Translations under genes and position numbers: made by a program
The notes under the pieces: model-generated
Told to the model about the DNA's origin: nothing
Databases searched by the model: none
Seen by the model: only the letters and a program-made list of their open reading frames with translations
Part shown: positions 53,403 to 58,779 of the stretch, one piece after another
How positions within the stretch are numbered: position 1 is the stretch's first letter
How the letters are laid out: every line of letters begins with the position of its first letter
Source: an uncultured Acidimicrobiaceae bacterium
GTDB lineage: Bacteria > Actinomycetota > Acidimicrobiia > Acidimicrobiales > RAAP-2
Assembly: GCA_964573595.1 (NCBI GenBank)
Contig: CAZNLF010000001.1
Span: forward strand, 1-58,779
Direction: 5' to 3'
Length of the DNA stretch: 58,779 nucleotides

Positions 53403-54665
53403 GTGAAGGACCACTGGCGTGCGCTCACCTTCGACTACCGGGACCCGGCGATCCCGTTCGAGGAGATCGTCCGCTTGATGGACATGTCCGGAACGGCCAC
53501 CGGTGCCGCGTACAGCCGCAGCGACGTCGTCGAGGCGCTCCACGAGCACCAGCCGGCGGTGGTGGCCGTCTCCTCCGGAAACCTGGTCGGCGTGGTGGTG
53601 GCCCGCCTGGGAGGATCGGACGCCCACCTCATGGCGCTCGCACTCCATCCGGAGTGGCGCCAGAAGGGCATCGGCTCGGCGCTCCTGCGCCAGTTGGATC
53701 AAGAGATCATGCACCGGGGCGCTCGACGCCTGCTCGCCCTGGTCCGACCCGGCCAGGTCGGCGAGATGGCCTTCTCCAACCAGGGCTTCACCCATCTGGA
53801 CGGCCTCCATCTCTACACGCGGGAAGCATCGATGGTCCCTGAGGAGCTCGCAGTCGTCGAGCGATTCGGCGGTCAGGTCCCGGCCGGTGGGCTGTGGGAG
53901 TCCATGAAGGGATTCTCGTCGGCGAAGGAGATTCTCGACCGACGGGTGGTGGCGCCGCTCGCCCATGGTGAGCTGGCCGACAAGCTCGGGCTGGTCCCAC
54001 CCGCGGCCATCCTCCTCTTCGGGCCTCCCGGGACCGGCAAGACCTCGTTCGCACGGGCCATCGCCTCCCGGCTCTCGTGGGCGTTCGTCGAGCTCCACCC
54101 GTCGCTCCTCGGCTCCGGTGTCGAAGGAGCCCGGTCCCTCCATGACGCCCTCACGGAACTGGGCAAGGTGGACCGCCTCGTCTGCTTCATCGACGAGGCG
54201 GACGAGATCGCATCGGACCGCTCCGAGCGCTTGGACAGCCAACCACTCGTCAACGAGCTGCTGAAGGCCATCCCCGTGTTCAAGTCACGCCCTCAGCGGT
54301 TGGTGGTGATGGCCACCAATTCGATCGCCGCCATCGATCCGGCACTGCTGAGGCCGGGACGGTTGGACCTCATCATCCCGGTCGGAGCCCCCGACGAGGC
54401 CGAGCGGGCCGACCTGGCAGCCGAGTTCCTGCCCGGAGGGAACCCGAAGGAGGTGGCCGCATGCACAGCCGGCTTCACACCGGCCGACTTCGCGCTGGTG
54501 GCACAACGCAGCGCCCAGCTGGCATTCGATCGCGCCCTCGCCGGTGGGACGGAGCAGATCGGCTCTGACGACGTGCTGCAGGCCATCAGGCTCACCCGGC
54601 CGTCTGTCAGCCCCGAGGCCGCGGGTCGCTTCGACCTCGAGGCATCCGCCTATTCCCGCCTGTAG
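53403..54665 (+). CDS. GNAT acetyltransferase domain fused to a classic AAA+ ATPase domain
   Basis: GNAT motif A RQKGIGSALLRQL, then Walker A GPPGTGKTS, Walker B LVCFIDEADE, sensor-1 VMATN and SRH PALLRPGRLD. GTG follows GGGAGGG. Confidence 0.8.
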   Translation: MKDHWRALTFDYRDPAIPFEEIVRLMDMSGTATGAAYSRSDVVEALHEHQPAVVAVSSGNLVGVVVARLGGSDAHLMALALHPEWRQKGIGSALLRQLDQEIMHRGARRLLALVRPGQVGEMAFSNQGFTHLDGLHLYTREASMVPEELAVVERFGGQVPAGGLWESMKGFSSAKEILDRRVVAPLAHGELADKLGLVPPAAILLFGPPGTGKTSFARAIASRLSWAFVELHPSLLGSGVEGARSLHDALTELGKVDRLVCFIDEADEIASDRSERLDSQPLVNELLKAIPVFKSRPQRLVVMATNSIAAIDPALLRPGRLDLIIPVGAPDEAERADLAAEFLPGGNPKEVAACTAGFTPADFALVAQRSAQLAFDRALAGGTEQIGSDDVLQAIRLTRPSVSPEAAGRFDLEASAYSRL

Positions 54666-54724
54666 ATCGGGCGTGATCATCAGGACATGGGACCGAATCG
54701 CCTGGACATGTGCGACAGTGCAGG

Positions 54725-55591
54725 ATGATCGAGTACGGGTCTTCTTTCAAGCCTGACGGCGAATCCGGCACCGCACGGGTGGTGTCCTGTGAGCTCGCCT
54801 TCGACGTGGTCGAGCCTGCGGAGGTGGTGCTCCAACTGGTGGCGGCCACGACGGCGGGCCGGGTGGTGAGCGAACGGCTCGACGTGGGGACGAACGGCGA
54901 GCCGGCACTGACGACCGTCGAACTCAATGGGCCCCACGGCGCACGGGTCCACGTCCTGCAGTCGCTCAGTGGGCGCCTGACCGTCAGCTACCGCTCCGAG
55001 ATCGAGGCCGGGCCGTCCGGCACGGCCGGGCAGCTGGACCCGGCGATGGATTACGCCCGACTGGTCTACCTGCGTCCCAGCCGCTACTGCCCCTCGGACC
55101 ACTTGGTCGGATTCGCCGTCGCCGAGTTCCCGACGGGCTCGAGCGTGCGCAGTCGGGTGGAGTCCATCACCGATTGGATCCGCCAGCGCATCGGGTATGT
55201 CGCCGGCTCGAGCTCGGTGCACGACTCGGCGGAGGACACGCTGTTGACCGGCATGGGAACCTGTCGCGACTTCGCCCACCTCGGTGTGGCGCTGTGCCGG
55301 GCGATCGGCGTCCCCGCCCGGTTCGTCTCGGTGTACGCGCCAGGCCTTTCCCCCATGGACTTCCATGCCGTGTTCGAGACCCTCGAGGACGGCCGGTGGA
55401 TCGCCCACGACCCGACCGACCTTGCTCCCCGCCAGTCGCTCGTGCGCATCGCCACCGGGCGCGACGCCGCCGATGCCGCCTTCGCCTCCGTCAACAAGGG
55501 CATCGCCTCGCTCGACTACCTTGAGGTGTCGGCGACGGTCGGTGGCGAGCTGCCGGTCGACGACCGGGGCCGGGCTGTAGAGATCGGCTGA
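54725..55591 (+). CDS. transglutaminase-core (papain-like Cys/His/Asp) family protein
   Basis: GMGTCRDFAH (Cys), MDFHAV (His) and AHDPTD (Asp), behind an N-terminal beta-rich domain. The start is ATG 54725 or GTG 54710. Confidence 0.85.
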   Translation: MIEYGSSFKPDGESGTARVVSCELAFDVVEPAEVVLQLVAATTAGRVVSERLDVGTNGEPALTTVELNGPHGARVHVLQSLSGRLTVSYRSEIEAGPSGTAGQLDPAMDYARLVYLRPSRYCPSDHLVGFAVAEFPTGSSVRSRVESITDWIRQRIGYVAGSSSVHDSAEDTLLTGMGTCRDFAHLGVALCRAIGVPARFVSVYAPGLSPMDFHAVFETLEDGRWIAHDPTDLAPRQSLVRIATGRDAADAAFASVNKGIASLDYLEVSATVGGELPVDDRGRAVEIG

Positions 55592-56644
55592 TCACCGGTT
55601 GCCGACGCTCTCCGCGTCGCTCCGCGATCCAGCCTCTCCCTCCGGGTGGTAGCGGACCTCGGAGCTTCCCGGACGTGACTCCGCCCCCCCGCCGGACTCG
55701 AAGCGCATCGAGAGGCCCTGGTCCTCGGACCGCTTCGCCTCCATGGAGATGTCGGTCAGCACCCGCCGGTCCGCATCGGTGAGCGGTGGCTGCAGGCTCC
55801 TCGGCCACAACCGCCTGGTCCTGACCACGTTGCTCTCGGCGGCATAGAGGGTGAGCTGGGCGCCGAGGTAGATCCAGGCCAGCAGTCCGAGGACGATGGC
55901 GAAGAACCCGTAGACCTGGCTCGAGTTCTTCAGGGTGTGCTCGACCAGGGCACCGCCGACGTACTGCAGGGCGGTCCAGCCGAAGCCACCGACGACGGCC
56001 CCGGGCATCAGTGGGCGCCACGCCACCGTTGTGGGCGTGAGGAGCCGGAAGGCCACAGCGAAGAGCCCGATGTTGAGGAGGATCGAAACGACGGCTCCGA
56101 TCGCCTCGACGGGCACGGTCGGGGATCCCGTGGTCAGCGCGCCGACCAGCGCGGTGCTCACCAACAGGAACGCACCGACGGTGCCGAGCGTCGCCATCGT
56201 GCGTCCGAGCCTGGCCCCGAAGCCCGGTCGGTCGACCGCCGGCACGTTCCACACCTCGGCCATGGCGTACTGTCCCGACTGGACGGCCCCCTGGGAGCCC
56301 CATACGAGGCCGACGATCCCCACGGCCAGGCCGACGGCGCTGCGGTGGTGCAGGGCGTGGATGTTGGCACCGAGCTGGTTCCCGACGATCGGGAACTGTG
56401 CGAGCGCCGAGGACTCGATGCGGTGGGTGAGCGACGGGTTGCCGCCGGCGACCAGCCCCAGCACCGTGATGAGCAACAAGAGGAGCGGAAGCAGCGAGAG
56501 GAAGCCGTAGTAGGTCAGCAATGCCGCCAACGAGCCGCCACGGTCGTCGCCGAACTTCTTCACCACGCCGTAGAGGAACCCGATGGGCGCGCTGCGGCGC
56601 TGCCAGCGGTCGAGGCGTGCGACGGCCCTCTTGGCCAGGATCAC
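55592..56644 (-). CDS. YihY/BrkB-family membrane protein
   Basis: ALLTYYGFLSLLPLLLLLITVLG. Polytopic. GTGA overlap with the upstream gene. Confidence 0.8.
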   Translation of the reverse strand: MILAKRAVARLDRWQRRSAPIGFLYGVVKKFGDDRGGSLAALLTYYGFLSLLPLLLLLITVLGLVAGGNPSLTHRIESSALAQFPIVGNQLGANIHALHHRSAVGLAVGIVGLVWGSQGAVQSGQYAMAEVWNVPAVDRPGFGARLGRTMATLGTVGAFLLVSTALVGALTTGSPTVPVEAIGAVVSILLNIGLFAVAFRLLTPTTVAWRPLMPGAVVGGFGWTALQYVGGALVEHTLKNSSQVYGFFAIVLGLLAWIYLGAQLTLYAAESNVVRTRRLWPRSLQPPLTDADRRVLTDISMEAKRSEDQGLSMRFESGGGAESRPGSSEVRYHPEGEAGSRSDAESVGNR

Positions 56645-57087
56645 GAAGCAGCCAGGCCCGACACGATGGTGCTCGCCGCCTCCTTGCCTTCTGCCACTGC
56701 CTTCCCGGCCTTGTCGCGCACGGCCTTTTCGCGTACGGCCTTCCCGGCCTTGTCGCGCACGGCATCGGCGAGCTCCCTTCCTGTGGCCGCGGCGCTGCCC
56801 GCCCCATCCCTGACCGCGTCGGCCGCCCGGCTGTCGGTGACGACCGCCCCGACCTTGCGCCGGGCCGCATCGGCGGCGTTGCTGATCGGCTGCGCCACCT
56901 CGATGTCACTCAGCCGGTCCGCAGCGTGAGACAGCCCGTCACGCACGTCCGTCCCGCCGGGAACGGACCCGACCACCTTCGCCAGGCCCCGGCCGGGCGC
57001 GCCACCCTGCGACCGCCTGTCGATCCCGGCACCGACCGCCGCTCCCGTGACCGCTCCGAGCACCAGTCCCTTCCAAACGTTCTTCAT
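56641..57087 (-). CDS. YtxH-like / Ala-Lys-rich stress-type small protein
   Basis: N-terminal TM VWKGLVLGAVTGAAVGAGI followed by repeated AVRDKAGKAV helices. GAAGGAG lies 8 nt upstream of the ATG. Confidence 0.4.
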   Translation of the reverse strand: MKNVWKGLVLGAVTGAAVGAGIDRRSQGGAPGRGLAKVVGSVPGGTDVRDGLSHAADRLSDIEVAQPISNAADAARRKVGAVVTDSRAADAVRDGAGSAAATGRELADAVRDKAGKAVREKAVRDKAGKAVAEGKEAASTIVSGLAAS

Positions 57088-57258
57088 GTCATCTGCTCCT
57101 TCGATCGTCGGTCCGCATGTAGCGATGCGGCGGTGAGACCACTATCCCCCGATGGTGTCCCCCCTATGCATGGGCTTTGCATCGGCCTAGGCCTCCGGCG
57201 CTGGACCACGTCCGCTTCCCGTGCGCCGGACTTCCGCTCCCCGAGCCGCCGGATGGTC

Positions 57259-57284
57259 GGTTTCCGTCGATCACGGCGGGGTAT
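57259..57284 (+). promoter_or_regulatory. SigF/SigB-type (group 3 sigma) promoter candidate
   Basis: GGTTT-N15-GGGTAT lies about 100 nt upstream of the hemerythrin ATG. It matches the GTTT-N15-17-GGGTA(T) consensus. Confidence 0.5.
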
Positions 57285-57332
57285 CGCGACGTCACCGACA
57301 GGGCGCGCCGAAGGGGGCGTCCGCACGAGAAC

Positions 57333-57375
57333 ACCGACCGGAAGAACCGACCGGAAGATAAAAACCGACCAGATA
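57333..57375 (+). repeat. direct repeats ACCGACC(G/A)GA(A/T)(G/A) x3 in the hemerythrin leader
   Basis: ACCGACCGGAAGA at 57333-57345 and 57346-57358, and ACCGACCAGATA at 57364-57375. A degenerate ACCGACAGG lies at 57294. Confidence 0.85.
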
Positions 57376-57386
57376 GGGTGACCGCC

Positions 57387-58001
57387 ATGCCATCGACGAC
57401 GACGCACACGAAGAATTCCCGTCCGAGGGGGACATCGAAGCACCCCCGCTCCGATGCCCTCGTCATCCTGAAGAATGACCATCGGACCGTCGAGAAACTG
57501 TTCAAATCGTACGAGCGCGCTTCGGAACGGGCATACAAGACCATGCGTCGCCTGGTCGACGAGATGATCACCGAGCTGTCCGTCCACGCGTTCATCGAGG
57601 AGCATGTGCTCTACCCGGCAGCGAAGGCAGAGGTCCCAGAGGCGGTGGATGATGTGCTCGAAGCGGTCGAGGAGCACCACGTGGTGAAGTGGCAGCTCCA
57701 GGAGCTGGTCGGCCTCGACCCCGAGGACGAGCGTTTCCGACCCAAGGTCACCGTGCTGATCGAGAACGTGCGCCACCACGTCCGGGAAGAGGAGACGGAG
57801 TTCTTCCCGCTTCTGAGGTCCGAGATGGAGAGAAGGCGACTCCTCGAGCTCGGGGACGAATTGGAGGCCATGAGGCGATCGGCACCGGAGCTCCCGCACC
57901 CTCGCCTTCCCGACGGACCAGATGACCACCTCGTCCCCGATGCGGTGACCTCGGTCATCGACCGGGCCAAGGACATGGTGGCGTCGGTACGGTCGGTCTG
58001 A
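57387..58001 (+). CDS. hemerythrin (HHE cation-binding) domain protein
   Basis: LKNDHRTVEKLF, HAFIEEHVLYP, EEHHVVK and RHHVREEETEFFP. ATG at 57387. Confidence 0.8.
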   Translation: MPSTTTHTKNSRPRGTSKHPRSDALVILKNDHRTVEKLFKSYERASERAYKTMRRLVDEMITELSVHAFIEEHVLYPAAKAEVPEAVDDVLEAVEEHHVVKWQLQELVGLDPEDERFRPKVTVLIENVRHHVREEETEFFPLLRSEMERRRLLELGDELEAMRRSAPELPHPRLPDGPDDHLVPDAVTSVIDRAKDMVASVRSV

Positions 58002-58050
58002 GCCGTTGCCCGCACCGTCACCGCCGGCCGTTGGTTCCGTAGGTCCGGCC

Positions 58051-58530
58051 ATGGAGGCGTTCTCCGAGCGTTCGGACTACGCCCTCTACGTGGTGACGGT
58101 GGCAACGGCCCGGGGCGAGACGAGCGGCTGCCTCGCCGGCTTCGTCACCCAGTGCAGCATCTCTCCACCGAGGTTTGTCGTGTGCCTGTCGAAGCTCAAC
58201 CACTCCTTCTACGTCGCCGAGCATGCCACCGGCATCGCCATCCACCTCCTGGGTGACGATCAGACCGAGCTCGCCTCACTCTTCGCCGAGCGCACCGGTG
58301 ACGACTACGACAAGTTCGAGCACTGCGAGTGGCACCGCGGAACTGGCGGCGCCCCCGTGCTCGAGCACTGCGCGGCATGGCTCGAAGGCACCGTCCTCGA
58401 ACGCTTCAGCGTCGGCGATCACGAGGCGTTCCTGATGAGCCCGGTCACCGGCGGTGCCGGCCACCACACCGGACTGCTGACCCTCCGCAACGCTCCCCCG
58501 TTCCAGCCCGGGCACCCCGGGGCACCCTGA
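58051..58530 (+). CDS. flavin reductase-like (FMN-binding split-barrel) protein
   Basis: MEAFSERSDYALYVVTVATARGETSGCLAGFVTQCSISPPRFVVCL and GDHEAFLMSPV. Confidence 0.7.
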   Translation: MEAFSERSDYALYVVTVATARGETSGCLAGFVTQCSISPPRFVVCLSKLNHSFYVAEHATGIAIHLLGDDQTELASLFAERTGDDYDKFEHCEWHRGTGGAPVLEHCAAWLEGTVLERFSVGDHEAFLMSPVTGGAGHHTGLLTLRNAPPFQPGHPGAP

Positions 58531-58548
58531 GGCCGGCAGGGGCCTCAG
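58527..58548. terminator. hairpin including the flavin reductase stop codon
   Basis: CTGAGGCC-GGCAGG-GGCCTCAG, an 8-bp stem. Confidence 0.35.
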
Positions 58549-58670
58549 CACAGCGGCCGGGGGGCGGGCGAGGATGCGTCGGCGGGTCCGTCCCGACGGT
58601 GGCCATCGGGACGTGCCGAGGACCTGGCCGGTGTCGCTCGCCGCCGCACGACCGGACCACCGCACACCGC

Positions 58671-58779
58671 TCAGCCCTCGCTGGCGAACGCCTCCCGCAG
58701 CTTGGCCAGGCTGCCGGCCAGCAACCGGGACACGTGCATCTGGCTGATCCCGATCTGGTCGGCGATCTCGGACTGGGTC
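58671..58779 (-). CDS. RNA polymerase sigma factor, SigB/SigF-type, C-terminal fragment (region 4.2)
   Basis: Not in the ORF track because it is truncated by the window edge. The reverse strand reads TQSEIADQIGISQMHVSRLLAGSLAKLREAFASEG*. ISQMHVSRL is characteristic of group-3 stress/sporulation sigmas. Confidence 0.75.
   Translation of the reverse strand, partial: TQSEIADQIGISQMHVSRLLAGSLAKLREAFASEG

Noticed and set aside
1-58779. A genomic island or mobile element signature.
   Set aside because: No integrase, transposase, tRNA attachment site or flanking direct repeats were seen. GC-richness looks uniform except for short promoter-like patches.

Overview
This is a very GC-rich, gene-dense chromosomal segment. 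It holds about 55 CDS, and many junctions are only 0-100 nt or are 4-nt start/stop overlaps. It looks like Actinomycetota, but that taxon is only a guess. I recognised no rRNA, tRNA, CRISPR array, transposase, integrase or phage gene. The GC content fills the six-frame track with long Arg/Pro/Gly-rich antisense 'shadow' ORFs. I therefore called genes from family motifs, RBS-like sequences and start/stop coupling, so several starts differ from the track. Content from left to right: (1) 1-8.8 kb holds redox and sugar enzymes: SDR, Zn-ADH, FGGY kinase, 2-hydroxyacid dehydrogenase, a lipoprotein-type SurE, a GMC oxidoreductase with its small subunit, and a P450. (2) 8.9-16.4 kb holds a TetR regulator and a beta-oxidation-like set (acyl-CoA dehydrogenases, thiolase-fold proteins, enoyl-CoA hydratase, SDR). 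(3) 16.4-21.5 kb holds a Liv-type ABC importer with a fused permease. (4) 21.6-31.6 kb holds small catabolic genes: ureidoglycolate-lyase-like, cupin, RraA-like, RidA-like, acyl-CoA ligase, VOC, a double-domain ACAD overlapped by a ferredoxin, a copper amine oxidase and a crotonase. (5) 31.6-42.8 kb is an all-minus-strand cell-envelope block: a redoxin-like protein, a putative MurD2/MurL pair, a histidine phosphatase, an NTF2-like protein, and a MacB-type ABC exporter with two adaptors and a lipoprotein. (6) 43.2-52.6 kb holds an AKR, a divergent MFS/LysR pair, a DsbA-like protein, a CPA2 antiporter, an HDAC-like protein, and a BCCP-carboxyltransferase fusion coupled to an AKR. (7) 52.7-58.8 kb holds an NTF2-like protein, a GNAT-AAA+ fusion with a transglutaminase-fold protein, YihY, a YtxH-like protein, a hemerythrin behind a SigF/SigB-type promoter, a flavin reductase, and the 3' end of a SigB/F-type sigma factor. 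The best candidate for an undescribed system is the GNAT-AAA+/transglutaminase pair at 53.4-55.6 kb. Also notable are the MurD2/MurL pair, the Gly/Phe-rich C-terminal tails shared by three exported proteins of the ABC operon, a helically phased GGTGCAGG repeat array, and ACCGACC repeats in the hemerythrin leader. All functional calls come from reading motifs by eye. No database search was run.
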